From: Elusimicrobiota bacterium
GTDB lineage: Bacteria > Elusimicrobiota > Elusimicrobia > F11
Direction: 5' to 3'
NCBI GenBank assembly: GCA_044221725.1
Contig: JBGAON010000005.1
Span: 64,001-128,000, forward strand
Length of the DNA: 64,000 nt
A program made the position numbers and the translations under genes. The notes beneath the pieces were generated by a model. It saw only the letters and a program-made list of their open reading frames with translations. It was not told where the DNA came from and searched no databases. The number at the start of each line of letters is the position of its first letter. Within the stretch, counting starts at the first letter, position 1. Of this stretch, positions 46,838 through 56,529 are shown one piece after another.

Positions 46838-47824
46838 ATGACAACTCACATTACCCAAGGCCTCGTGCTTCCTCAACGCCTCGAAATTGACAACGCGACA
46901 CTGACGGACCGTTACGGCCGTTTCGTCGCAGAACCGTTCGAAAAAGGTTACGGTCACACGATCGGAAATTCGCTTCGCCGCATTTTGCTCTCGTCGCTCG
47001 AAGGAGCGGCGGTGACCGGTGTTCGTATCAAAGGCGCTCTGCACGAATTTACGGCGCTCAAAGGCGTGCGCGAAGACGTAATCCACATTATTCTCAATCT
47101 CAAAAAACTCCGTGTGAAACTTTACAGCGCGGGCCCCGAAACGCTTCGCCTCAAGATTCGTCGTCAAGGCGAAATCATGGCGAAAGACATTGAACCGAAC
47201 AATCAGGTCGAAATTCTCACGCCAGATTTGGTGATCGCGACAATTGATGACGGCGTCGAGCTCGATATGGAAATCGAAGTGTCGAAGGGTCGTGGATACA
47301 TTCCAGCGGATCGTTTGAAAAAAGACGGCCAGCCGCTCGGCACAATTCCGGTGGACGCGCTTTTCTCGCCGGTGTCGAAAGTTCACTACGAAGTGGAAAA
47401 CGCACGCGTGGGTCAGATGACCGACTACGACAAACTCATTGTCGAAGTCTGGACCGATGGTAGCGTGACGCCGGGCGATGCGCTCGCGTATTCCGCAAAA
47501 ATTCTTAAAGATTCGCTCACGACGTTCATCACGTTTGACGAACAAGAAGTGGCGCCGATTCAAGCACAAGCTCGCACCGAAGAATCCGCAAAGATGGAAG
47601 AACTTCTTTCGCAACCCGTTGAAATCATCGAACTTTCCGTTCGTGCATCGAACTGCTTGAAAGTTGCGAAGATCAAAACGATCGGCGAGCTCGTGAGCAA
47701 ATCCGAAGACGAGCTCTTGTCGTACAAGAATTTTGGAAAAAAATCCTTGGACGAAATCCGCGATCGGCTAAAAGAGATGGGACTCAATCTCGGTCGTTCG
47801 TCCGCTCAGCCGGCGAGCGTCTAA
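46838..47824 (+). CDS. rpoA: RNA polymerase alpha subunit
   Basis: GHTIGNSLRRILLS and LSVRASNCL; start after AAGGAG. Confidence 0.99.
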   Translation: MTTHITQGLVLPQRLEIDNATLTDRYGRFVAEPFEKGYGHTIGNSLRRILLSSLEGAAVTGVRIKGALHEFTALKGVREDVIHIILNLKKLRVKLYSAGPETLRLKIRRQGEIMAKDIEPNNQVEILTPDLVIATIDDGVELDMEIEVSKGRGYIPADRLKKDGQPLGTIPVDALFSPVSKVHYEVENARVGQMTDYDKLIVEVWTDGSVTPGDALAYSAKILKDSLTTFITFDEQEVAPIQAQARTEESAKMEELLSQPVEIIELSVRASNCLKVAKIKTIGELVSKSEDELLSYKNFGKKSLDEIRDRLKEMGLNLGRSSAQPASV

Positions 47825-47850
47825 TAGCCGGATAAGGAAAGGAATTTACT

Positions 47851-48204
47851 ATGGCAAAAACAGGCGCTGGGCGTAAACTTGGTCGTAAGACGGGGTTCCG
47901 ATTTGCGTTGCTCCGAAATTTGGCGACCGATTTGATTCGCTACGAGCAAATTCAAACAACGTTTCCAAAAGCAAAAGAGTGTTCACGTTTCACCGAGCAT
48001 TTGATTGCGGTGGCAAAAAAAGGCGACATGAACGCGCGTCGCACCGTGGCAAAAGATATTCGAGATGGTGACGTCACAAAGAAACTCTTCGAAGTTCTTC
48101 CGCAGCGCTACGCCACACGCACCAGCGGTTTTACGCGGGTGTTCCGTCTTCAGAACCGTCAGGGTGACAACGCTCAGATGGCGCTGATTAAACTGATTGC
48201 CTAA
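47851..48204 (+). CDS. rplQ: 50S ribosomal protein L17
   Basis: RKLGR, TT.PKAKE and R.GDNA. Confidence 0.97.
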   Translation: MAKTGAGRKLGRKTGFRFALLRNLATDLIRYEQIQTTFPKAKECSRFTEHLIAVAKKGDMNARRTVAKDIRDGDVTKKLFEVLPQRYATRTSGFTRVFRLQNRQGDNAQMALIKLIA

Positions 48205-48251
48205 AAGCAGATAAATAGATACAAAAGTCGTCGCACTGGATTTTTTTTTGA

Positions 48252-48350
48252 CGTCATCCTGGCATGTCTCAAGCCAGGATCCATTTTTGCCTTAGGGAAA
48301 CATGGGCGCTGGATAGAAACATTCCAGAGCGACGGCCTGCCAGGATGACG
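48252..48350 (+). repeat. Family-1 palindromic repeat with perfect 13-bp terminal inverted repeats
   Basis: CGTCATCCTGGCA at 48252 and TGCCAGGATGACG at 48338. Confidence 0.88.
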
Positions 48351-48361
48351 CAGAGGTTAGA

Positions 48362-49402
48362 ATGTTCAATTACATCCTCGGACTTTTTTCGAACGACATG
48401 GGCATTGATCTTGGAACAGCAAACACGCTGGTCTATGTGAAGGGTCAAGGTATTGTTCTCCGTGAGCCCAGCGTCGTCGCCATTGACCGATCCACTCGCG
48501 AAGTTCTCGCGTTTGGTGCCGAAGCGAAGCGCATGCTTGGTAAAACTCCCGCCAATATTCAAGCGGTTCGGCCTCTTCGCAACGGTGTCATTGCCGACTT
48601 CGAAGTGACCCAGGCAATGATCAAATACTTCATTCGAAAAGTTCACAACCGCCGAAGCTTGTTGCATCCGCGTATTGTTATCGGAATTCCTTCTGGTATC
48701 ACCGAAGTTGAAAAACGCGCCGTTCGTGAGGCCGCCGAGCAAGCGGGCGCGCGTCAAACCGAACTGCTTGAAGAACCAATGGCCGCGGCCATTGGCGCGG
48801 ATCTGCCAATCTCCGAGCCGCATGGAAATATGATTGTCGATATCGGTGGCGGAACCACGGAAGTTGCCGTCATTTCGCTTTCGGGAATGGTGGTTTCAAA
48901 GTCCATCGATGTGGCCGGCGACGAGATGGACGAAGCGGTGATGCAGTATTTCCGACGCAAGTACAATCTCGTTATCGGCGAATCAACAGCCGAGCAAGTG
49001 AAGATTCGTGTTGGAAGTGTTTTTCCGTTGCCCGAAGAAGAATCAATGGAAGTAAAAGGTCGCGATCAAGTTACCGGCTTGCCGCGCACGATTACCGTAA
49101 CGTCGGAAGAGATTCGTCAGGCGTTGTCGGAACCCGTGAAACTCATTGTTGATACCGTGAAAGAAGCGCTTGAAGAAACGCCGCCCGAACTTTCTGCCGA
49201 TCTCGTGGATCGTGGCATCATGATGGCGGGAGGCGGAGCGCTGCTTCGCGGATTCCCTGACTTGTTGGCTCAAGAAACAGATTTGCCTGTCCATGTAGCG
49301 GCCGATCCCCTAACCGCCGTCACTATTGGTTGCGGTCGCTATTTGGAAGAGTTGGACAATATTAAGCGTCATCGCATCATGCTGTCGTCGCCACAATCCT
49401 AA
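48362..49402 (+). CDS. mreB: Rod shape-determining protein MreB
   Basis: [16 protein letters not shown] and DIGGGTTE. Confidence 0.99.
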   Translation: MFNYILGLFSNDMGIDLGTANTLVYVKGQGIVLREPSVVAIDRSTREVLAFGAEAKRMLGKTPANIQAVRPLRNGVIADFEVTQAMIKYFIRKVHNRRSLLHPRIVIGIPSGITEVEKRAVREAAEQAGARQTELLEEPMAAAIGADLPISEPHGNMIVDIGGGTTEVAVISLSGMVVSKSIDVAGDEMDEAVMQYFRRKYNLVIGESTAEQVKIRVGSVFPLPEEESMEVKGRDQVTGLPRTITVTSEEIRQALSEPVKLIVDTVKEALEETPPELSADLVDRGIMMAGGGALLRGFPDLLAQETDLPVHVAADPLTAVTIGCGRYLEELDNIKRHRIMLSSPQS

Positions 49403-49559
49403 CGATCATGAATACAACCACCGATTTCGTATCACATTTTAACCCGGAGAAAAGAACTCTTCGTGAACCAATTTTTTTGTTCACCTTTACGTCCTCGCCG
49501 AACACACCAACCACACCTCGTAACTGATTTCCTTTCTCCATCCATAGGGGTCAAGCGCC

Positions 49560-50411
49560 GTGTTGCTTGAATTTTTCCAGCGTCACCGCGCTGGCGTTCT
49601 CATGCTCGGGTTTGCGGCCTTTTCGTTTCTGTGCATGGCGCTTCGCGTCGCGGCAACCGTGAACGCGCTGAAAGCGAGCGCGTGGTTTCTCGTTTCGCCA
49701 GCGGTTGTCGAAAGCGGAGACTTTTTCAATACGCTCGATTCGTCGGCAGCGCGTTTCTTTGGACTTATCCGCGCCGAAGCAGAGAACACCATCCTCCGCG
49801 AACAAAACGCCCAGCTTTCGAAGCGCGAAGTTGAGCGTGACGCGCTCGAAGAGGAAAACAATCGGCTTCGCACGCTGCTCAATTTTAAACTGCATTCGTT
49901 TCCACAAGGAATTCCGGCGGAACTCGTGGGGCGCGACATGCGCGATTGGTTTCGCGCGATTTCAATCAACAAGGGGGCGGCCGATGGTGTGACGTTGTCG
50001 GCGGCGGTGGTGTCAGGAACCACCGAGAAACCAACGCTCGTCGGTCGCATTGCAGAAGTGAGGGAAGGTTCGAGCAAGGTCCTGTTGTTGACGGATTCGT
50101 TATCAGCGATCTCGGTCACCGATACCCGCACCGGTGATATGGGACTTCTTGAGGGCCAGAACAAACCCACGGCGAAGCTTAATTACTTGCCACACCTTTC
50201 AAGCGTGCTCGTCGATGATGTGGTTGTCACGGCGGGGTTGGGCGGTATTTTTCCACCCGGGGTTCCGGTTGGGCGAGTGATCAGCGTAAAAGACTCTTCC
50301 GATGGATTCTTCAAAGAAGCGGTCGTTGAGCCGTTTGCAAATTTCGGTTCGCTGCGGGAGTTGTTGGTGTTGGAGAGGCGCGAGCTCACCGGCGAGAAGG
50401 TGCGCCCGTGA
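49560..50411 (+). CDS. mreC: Rod shape-determining protein MreC
   Basis: TM, coiled coil ENNRLR, INKG..DG and TAGLGGIFP.G.PVG. Confidence 0.95.
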   Translation: MLLEFFQRHRAGVLMLGFAAFSFLCMALRVAATVNALKASAWFLVSPAVVESGDFFNTLDSSAARFFGLIRAEAENTILREQNAQLSKREVERDALEEENNRLRTLLNFKLHSFPQGIPAELVGRDMRDWFRAISINKGAADGVTLSAAVVSGTTEKPTLVGRIAEVREGSSKVLLLTDSLSAISVTDTRTGDMGLLEGQNKPTAKLNYLPHLSSVLVDDVVVTAGLGGIFPPGVPVGRVISVKDSSDGFFKEAVVEPFANFGSLRELLVLERRELTGEKVRP

Positions 50412-50905
50412 TACGTTTTCTGTTTGTGTGCGTCACGATTGTTGTCGGCGTTCTTATGCAGATTGTTCTCGGCCGCTACCTGTCGCTGTATGACGCAGCA
50501 CCGCAGGTTTTTCTGCTGCTGACGATAACGCATGGTTTTGTGTTTGGTCCGGTGCTTGGCGAAATTTTGGGTTTCTCATGGGGACTTATTAGCGATGCGA
50601 CCGGAATACGATTGTTTGGGTTAAATGCGTTGTTGTTGGCGTTGGCGGGTTACTTGGCGGGCAAACTCCGCCGACGTGTGGCCAGCGAGCGCATGACGGC
50701 GCAAGTCATCATCTCGCTTGTTGCGACGCTTTACTACATGATCGGCGTTTCAACGCTTTACAGTATATTCGACGAAAGCCCCGGGCGGTTTTCGGTCACG
50801 CACTTCATTATTGAAGCGATTTACAACGGCGTGTTCGCGGTGGCATTTTTCATGTTCACCGAACGGTGGACGGCGCTGTGGGGAATTCAGAGTGAACATA
50901 TTTAA
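50408..50905 (+). CDS. mreD: Rod shape-determining protein MreD
   Basis: Hydrophobic protein with GLI.D..G motif between mreC and mrdA. Confidence 0.88.
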   Translation: MIRFLFVCVTIVVGVLMQIVLGRYLSLYDAAPQVFLLLTITHGFVFGPVLGEILGFSWGLISDATGIRLFGLNALLLALAGYLAGKLRRRVASERMTAQVIISLVATLYYMIGVSTLYSIFDESPGRFSVTHFIIEAIYNGVFAVAFFMFTERWTALWGIQSEHI

Positions 50906-50973
50906 GAGGCGGAATCCTCAATCGTCACGCATCCAACCCTCAATCTATTTGTTGAGAGTTTGGTATTTGAGAA

Positions 50974-52815
50974 TTGGAGCTTAACCGAATGTGGGTTGGC
51001 GGTAACACAGATACATTTTCCGAGAAGCGGTTTCGTGGGCGGGTGCGCGCGATGAGTGTTTTATTTGCCGTCGGCTACGCGATCATCGCGCTGCGTTTGT
51101 TCGATTTGCAGGTGGTGCGTGGAAACGACTTCGCGCACGTGTCCGACTCGAACCGAACCCAGGTCATTTTTTTGCGCGCGCCGCGCGGCGATTTTTTTGA
51201 TCGCAAAGGGCGTGTGTTTGTGACGAATCAACCGAGCTGGTCGCTCGTGTATTCGGTACCAGAGAAATCCACGGCGTCGCGCGCGATGGTGGAAGACACG
51301 TTGCGCCCGTTTCTCGAGCCGTTTCCGCAGTACTGGATGAAGCGTCTTCAAAAGGCGTTTGACAGCAAACAAATGGTTCGGCTCGTCGAAAATGTGCCCA
51401 ACAAAGTTGCGTTTCTTATGCGCGAAATGGAATTGCTTCTGCCCGGCTTGCGTGTGGTCATGGAATTTCGCCGTGGATATCCGTTGGGGCTCGCCGCGCC
51501 GCATTTGATCGGTTACTTGGGCGAAGTTGGCGAAAAAGAAATCAAAGGAAATCTTAAGCCTGGGGATCTGGTCGGAAAAATGGGACTTGAGCGGATCGAG
51601 GACGACAAACTGCGCGGCCAGGACGGTGGCATGATGTTGGAGGTCGACTCGGTGGGGCGGCTCAAGCGTGTCGTGAAAGAATTGCCGTTTCAGAAAGGAA
51701 GCGATGTGCATCTCACGTTGGATTTGGATGTCCAGCGCGTTGCCGAAGAGGAGTTGGCGAAAACGGAGAGCCGCAAAGGCGCCGCCGTTGCCATCGATGT
51801 GAACACCGGTGCGATATTGGCGTGGGCCAGCGCCCCCGCGTTCGATCCGTTCAATTCGATGGCCGCCGATCTCAAAGATCCGAACTCCCCGTTTTTGGAC
51901 CGCGTGTATAAAGGCGCGTATCCGCCGGGTTCAACGTTCAAAATTATTACCGCCATCACGGGATTTGAAAAAAACACAATTCGCACGTCCGAGCGCGTTA
52001 ATTGCGTCGGATTTGTGACGTTGCCCGATGGAAAGGGCGGCGAGAAAAAATACAAGTGTTGGAAACGCCACGGATCTGTTGACTATTGGCAGGCCATGGC
52101 GGAATCGTGCGACAGTTACTTCTACACGTTGGGACAGAAACTGGGCTCGCAGGCAATTTCGGAAACGGCGCAATCGTTTGGGTTCGGTCAGCCCGCGCAA
52201 GATGTGATGTCGGGCGAAAACAAAGGTGTTCTTCCGAGTCCCGCTTGGAAACGAAAAATGGGTCTTGGCGGTTGGTCGACCGGCGACACGTACAACATGG
52301 CGATCGGCCAAGGTTTTGTAACCGCGACACCTCTGCAAGTAGCGACGATGATGATTGGTGTGGCCACGCAAGGCGTGATTCGTCGGCCGTACGCGCTTGA
52401 TTACATTTTGGACGTCAACGGTCAGTACAAATATAAAAGCAAAGAATCGATTTTCCGAACCATTCAGTTGAAGCAAACCACGTGGGACAATCTCACGCGT
52501 TCGCTTGAGAATGTTGTTACGCAAGGAACCGGTGGTGCCACGCGCATCGCGCGTCTCGACGTGCGGGGAAAAACCGGAACTGCTCAGAACCCGCACGGCG
52601 AAGATCATGCGTGGTTCGCTGGCTACGCCGGATACAAGGGCGAGAAACCATTGATTGCCATTTGTGTATTCGTTGAGAATGGCGGTCATGGCGGCGCCGT
52701 GGCCGCACCAATTGTGCGCCGGATGCTCGAAACCGCGTTGCCTGATCGCGATGCGAAACCAGCGGCGCCCGCGGCTTCTGCGGCCGCCGAAGACGCACAG
52801 GAGACCGTGCAATGA
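50974..52815 (+). CDS. mrdA: Penicillin-binding protein 2
   Basis: APRG, PGSTFK (SxxK), SCD and KTG; start uncertain (50974 or 50989). Confidence 0.96.
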   Translation: MELNRMWVGGNTDTFSEKRFRGRVRAMSVLFAVGYAIIALRLFDLQVVRGNDFAHVSDSNRTQVIFLRAPRGDFFDRKGRVFVTNQPSWSLVYSVPEKSTASRAMVEDTLRPFLEPFPQYWMKRLQKAFDSKQMVRLVENVPNKVAFLMREMELLLPGLRVVMEFRRGYPLGLAAPHLIGYLGEVGEKEIKGNLKPGDLVGKMGLERIEDDKLRGQDGGMMLEVDSVGRLKRVVKELPFQKGSDVHLTLDLDVQRVAEEELAKTESRKGAAVAIDVNTGAILAWASAPAFDPFNSMAADLKDPNSPFLDRVYKGAYPPGSTFKIITAITGFEKNTIRTSERVNCVGFVTLPDGKGGEKKYKCWKRHGSVDYWQAMAESCDSYFYTLGQKLGSQAISETAQSFGFGQPAQDVMSGENKGVLPSPAWKRKMGLGGWSTGDTYNMAIGQGFVTATPLQVATMMIGVATQGVIRRPYALDYILDVNGQYKYKSKESIFRTIQLKQTTWDNLTRSLENVVTQGTGGATRIARLDVRGKTGTAQNPHGEDHAWFAGYAGYKGEKPLIAICVFVENGGHGGAVAAPIVRRMLETALPDRDAKPAAPAASAAAEDAQETVQ

Positions 52816-54170
52816 GCATGCGATCGTACGGAACATCGGCCGCGCAGCACGTGTCGCTCTTTTCGCGTGGGTTTCACATTGATCTCGTGCTTCTGCTGAG
52901 CACCGTGTTCACGGTCGTGACCGGAATTCTCACGATTTATTCGACCGAAGCGGGCCAAGGCGTGGGCTATGTGTTGCGGCAGTCGACGGCGGCGCTCGTG
53001 GGGCTGGTGGGCCTCCTGATGCTCACCGTGTTGCCGTATCAGGTGTTCCGCGCGTACGTGCGACCTATTTACATTTTTATGATTTTCGTGCTCATCGGTG
53101 TGCTTGTGTTTGGATCAAATCTTCGCGGCACGCGGGGGTGGTTTCATTTGGGGCCGGTTTATATTCAATCGTCCGAAGTGACAAAGCTAACGTTTGTGCT
53201 CACGCTCGCGGGGCTTCTCGATCGGCGCATTCAGTGGTACACGCCGAAATCGCTTGTTGTTCCGCTGCTGCTGGCGATGCTGCCCATCATGCTGATCATT
53301 ATTCAACCGGATTTTTCATCGAGCCTTGTTTATTTTCCGATTACGCTCGTGATGTTTTTCGTGGCCGGTGCACGCGCGATTCATTTGATCTCCCTCTGCG
53401 TGGTGGGGGCACTCGCTGCTGGAATTCCGCTGTTGTCCACTTATTTGGCGTTGCTCGGTGATTCGCTACACAAACGGCCCGTTCTCTTTTTTATCGCGAA
53501 AGCAATTAAGGGCGGTTGGCCCAGTGTTTGGCTTTTCGTTGGCATTTGCGTCACGATGATAATCGTCTGGTGGTTTTTGAAAAAAATGCGCATGTACATT
53601 CCGTCGTTGTATTTGTGGGTGAGTTTGTCGCTGCTGGCAATGGGGGCGTTGGGAGCGATGGCCACCGATCGCGTGATCAAGGTGTATCAACGCAAGCGTC
53701 TCGTGGCGTTCGTGAACCCCGAGTTGGATCCGTTGGGCGGGGGCTACAATGTGCGACAATCGCAAATCGCCATTGGTTCCGGACGCATCCTCGGAAAAGG
53801 TTACGGCAACGGCACGCAGTCGCGGCTCGGTTTTTTGCCGAGCCGTCACACGGATTTTATTTTCTCGGTTATTGGCGAAGAGCTTGGTTTTTTTCGGTCT
53901 TTAATCGTTCTTTCATTTTATTTTCTCATCGTGTGGCGCGGGTACGAAATTTCGCTCGTCGCGCGCGACCGCTTCGGTGGCCTCGTTGCCGCGGGTTTCG
54001 CCACGATGTTTGGTTTTTACGCGTTGCTCAATCTCGGAATGACGATGGGCATGGCGCCCGTGGCCGGCGTTCCGCTTCCGCTCGTCTCGTACGGCGGCTC
54101 GTCGGTTGTAAGCTCGATGTTCGCCGTTGGAATTTTGCTGTCCATTCACTGGCGGAGGTACATGCTGTGA
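52812..54170 (+). CDS. rodA: Rod shape-determining protein RodA (SEDS)
   Basis: QPD, HTDFIFS..GEE.G and PLVSYGGSS. Confidence 0.96.
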   Translation: MSMRSYGTSAAQHVSLFSRGFHIDLVLLLSTVFTVVTGILTIYSTEAGQGVGYVLRQSTAALVGLVGLLMLTVLPYQVFRAYVRPIYIFMIFVLIGVLVFGSNLRGTRGWFHLGPVYIQSSEVTKLTFVLTLAGLLDRRIQWYTPKSLVVPLLLAMLPIMLIIIQPDFSSSLVYFPITLVMFFVAGARAIHLISLCVVGALAAGIPLLSTYLALLGDSLHKRPVLFFIAKAIKGGWPSVWLFVGICVTMIIVWWFLKKMRMYIPSLYLWVSLSLLAMGALGAMATDRVIKVYQRKRLVAFVNPELDPLGGGYNVRQSQIAIGSGRILGKGYGNGTQSRLGFLPSRHTDFIFSVIGEELGFFRSLIVLSFYFLIVWRGYEISLVARDRFGGLVAAGFATMFGFYALLNLGMTMGMAPVAGVPLPLVSYGGSSVVSSMFAVGILLSIHWRRYML

Positions 54171-54176
54171 ACAAGG

Positions 54177-54261
54177 CCGTCAGCCTGGCACGTCTTAAGC
54201 CGGGATCCATTTTTACTTTAAGCCAAAATGGCCCCTGGATAGAAACATCCCAGGGCGACGG
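54177..54261 (+). repeat. Family-1 palindromic repeat
   Basis: CCGTCAGCCTGGCA..GCCGGGATCCATTTT..AAAATGG..CCCTGG..CCAGGGCGACGG. Confidence 0.85.
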
Positions 54262-54267
54262 TATGTT

Positions 54268-54957
54268 ATGAGTGTAATTACGCTGCAAAGAATGCGTTTG
54301 CGATTTCGGCGGTGGGGGGTGGGGGCCAATCTCACGCACCTTCAGCAGATTGATGCGATCCGCAAAGCGCTTGAGGGAGCCGCGTGGCCGCTCGCGAAAT
54401 CCGAAGGGAAAAAAGCGAAAGCAAAGGTGGCGTTTGGTCCGGCCGTTTCGGTCGGTTACGAATCGGAAGCCGAATATTGCGACGTGGAAATGGCGGCGCG
54501 TGTCATCATGCCGACCGCCGGCGAGGCACTTCAAAAGAAATTGCCGGAAGGTTACGCGCTTATGAACGCGAAATCGATTCCGCGCTTCTTCCCGTCGCTC
54601 GATCACACGTTGAACGCGGCGTCGTACGAAATTGTTTCACCGTTGCTTGCGGGAACGGAAGACAAATGGAACGCATTTTCGGCACAAGAACATTTTCTCG
54701 TAGTAAAGAAAAAAGAGAGCGGTGATGTGGTGATCGACGCGCGCCCCTGCGTACGGCAATGGCAACTCGAAGGCGATCGCTTGCTGCTTGATATTCGTTT
54801 CGGACCGGGCCGAACATTAAAACCGGAACGTATTATGCAGGCCGTGTTGGGTTTGGAGGACGCGCAGGTTCAAATGGGGGCCGCCAATCCGACACTGAAA
54901 GTAAAAAGACAAAAGCTTTATTTAGAAAAAGATAACGGGGATTTAATCGAACCCTGA
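54268..54957 (+). CDS. TIGR03936/DUF2344 radical-SAM-linked protein
   Basis: R.RF..HL..RKA..FGPA.SVG.ESEAEY..LPEG; usual position between rodA and rng. Confidence 0.85.
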   Translation: MSVITLQRMRLRFRRWGVGANLTHLQQIDAIRKALEGAAWPLAKSEGKKAKAKVAFGPAVSVGYESEAEYCDVEMAARVIMPTAGEALQKKLPEGYALMNAKSIPRFFPSLDHTLNAASYEIVSPLLAGTEDKWNAFSAQEHFLVVKKKESGDVVIDARPCVRQWQLEGDRLLLDIRFGPGRTLKPERIMQAVLGLEDAQVQMGAANPTLKVKRQKLYLEKDNGDLIEP

Positions 54958-54969
54958 ATTTAAAAAACA

Positions 54970-55080
54970 TCGTCGCCCAAGTCGTCGTCCTGGCATGCTT
55001 TAAGCCAGGATCCATTTTTACCTGAGGTAAAGTGGGCCCTGGATAAAGACATTCCAGGGCGGCGAAATGCCGGGTGACGA
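54970..55080 (+). repeat. Family-1 palindromic repeat nested in an outer inverted repeat
   Basis: Core 54983-55064 plus outer TCGTCGCCC/GGGTGACGA. Confidence 0.85.
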
Positions 55081-55095
55081 ATAGAAAGGAAAAAC

Positions 55096-56529
55096 ATGAA
55101 ACCAGTAAAAAAACAAATTCTTGCGAACACGACGCCCGATGAAACGCGCGTTGCGATCATCGAGAACGATCAGTTAGCCGAATTCTTCATCGACCGCCAC
55201 ATTGGCGGCAACGACAAAGTGGTCGGAAACATCTATCAAGGAAAAGTGGAAAACGTGCTGCCCGGAATTTCGTCGGCTTTTATCGACGTCGGTCAGGAAA
55301 AGAACGCGTATCTCTACATTTCCGATGTGTTGTCCGATAACAACGAGCGCGATATCAGCAAGATTTTAAAGAAAGGCACGCCGATTCTCGTGCAAGTCGC
55401 AAAAGAAGCGATCGGAACGAAAGGCATGAAGGTCACCATGGATATTTCGTTGCCGGGCCGCTTTCTTATCTTGATGCCGCTCTCGCAGCACGTCGGCGTT
55501 TCTCGGCAAGTAGAAGAACACAGCGAACGGGAGCGGTTGCGGAAGATTGTTGAGTCGCTCAATCCCCCGGGCGGCGTGATCGTGCGCACCGAAGCCGAAG
55601 GCGCCGATGAACGGGCGTTGCGCCGCGAAATGAAATATTTGACGCGGCTGTGGGACACCATTAAGAAGCGGCAAGAAAAAGTGAACAAAGGTTTAATCCA
55701 CAAAGAGCTCGGCCTCACGTTCCAAGTGGTGCGTGACATCTTGTCCGAAGATGTCGAAGCGTTCCTGTTGGACAGCCGGCAGGAATACGAGGATGTGAAA
55801 GGTTTCGTCGAAATGCTCGCTCCGGAACTCGCGGACCGCATCAAGCTTTACGAAGGTCGCACGCCGATTTTCTCGTCGTTTAATATCGATCCGGAGCTGG
55901 CGAAGCTGCGCAACGCGCGCATCGATTTGCCGTCGGGTGGCTATCTGGTGCTGCAAGAAGCGGAATCGCTGTGCGCGATTGACGTGAACACCGGCAAATT
56001 CACCGGAAAAAATTCACAAGAAGAAACCGTGACGGCCACCAACATTGAAGCCGCCGTGGAAGTGGCCCGTCAGCTGCGCCTGCGCAACATCGGAGGCATT
56101 ATCGTCATCGACTTTATAGACATGAAGAAGCGGCGCAACCGCGACAAGGTGATGGAAGCGCTCGCGCGCGCCACGCGCAACGATCACGCGAAAATTAAGA
56201 TTTTGCCGATCACGCGATTGGGGCTCGTCGAAATGACGCGCGAACGCCGACGCGAATCGTTGCAATCGATGACGTGCGAACCGTGCGCCGAGTGTTCGGG
56301 CAGTGGCTGGGTATTCTCGCGCGACTCCATGTTCCTCAAGATTCGCAAAGAGATCATCGAGCTCACGCAGGGACGCCCGGACGGGCATTTGAAAATTTAT
56401 CTTCAAGCCGCGATTTCCACGTATTTCCGTGAGAACAAAGATCGTTTGGAAAAACAAATCGGACGTTCGGTCGAGATCTTCGATGATGAAACGCTGCCAT
56501 GGGAACATTACAGAATCCTCTTAGAATAA
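55096..56529 (+). CDS. rng: Ribonuclease G/E family
   Basis: GNIY.G.V, QVAKE, IDVNTG, RQLRLR..GGII.IDFIDM and CxxC. Confidence 0.95.
   Translation: MKPVKKQILANTTPDETRVAIIENDQLAEFFIDRHIGGNDKVVGNIYQGKVENVLPGISSAFIDVGQEKNAYLYISDVLSDNNERDISKILKKGTPILVQVAKEAIGTKGMKVTMDISLPGRFLILMPLSQHVGVSRQVEEHSERERLRKIVESLNPPGGVIVRTEAEGADERALRREMKYLTRLWDTIKKRQEKVNKGLIHKELGLTFQVVRDILSEDVEAFLLDSRQEYEDVKGFVEMLAPELADRIKLYEGRTPIFSSFNIDPELAKLRNARIDLPSGGYLVLQEAESLCAIDVNTGKFTGKNSQEETVTATNIEAAVEVARQLRLRNIGGIIVIDFIDMKKRRNRDKVMEALARATRNDHAKIKILPITRLGLVEMTRERRRESLQSMTCEPCAECSGSGWVFSRDSMFLKIRKEIIELTQGRPDGHLKIYLQAAISTYFRENKDRLEKQIGRSVEIFDDETLPWEHYRILLE

Noticed and set aside
49408..49527. 39-codon ORF between mreB and mreC
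   Set aside because: No SD or recognisable motif; cannot be supported without conservation or ribosome profiling
50918..50970. Imperfect hairpin between mreD and mrdA
   Set aside because: Single copy, no T-tail, no evidence of function
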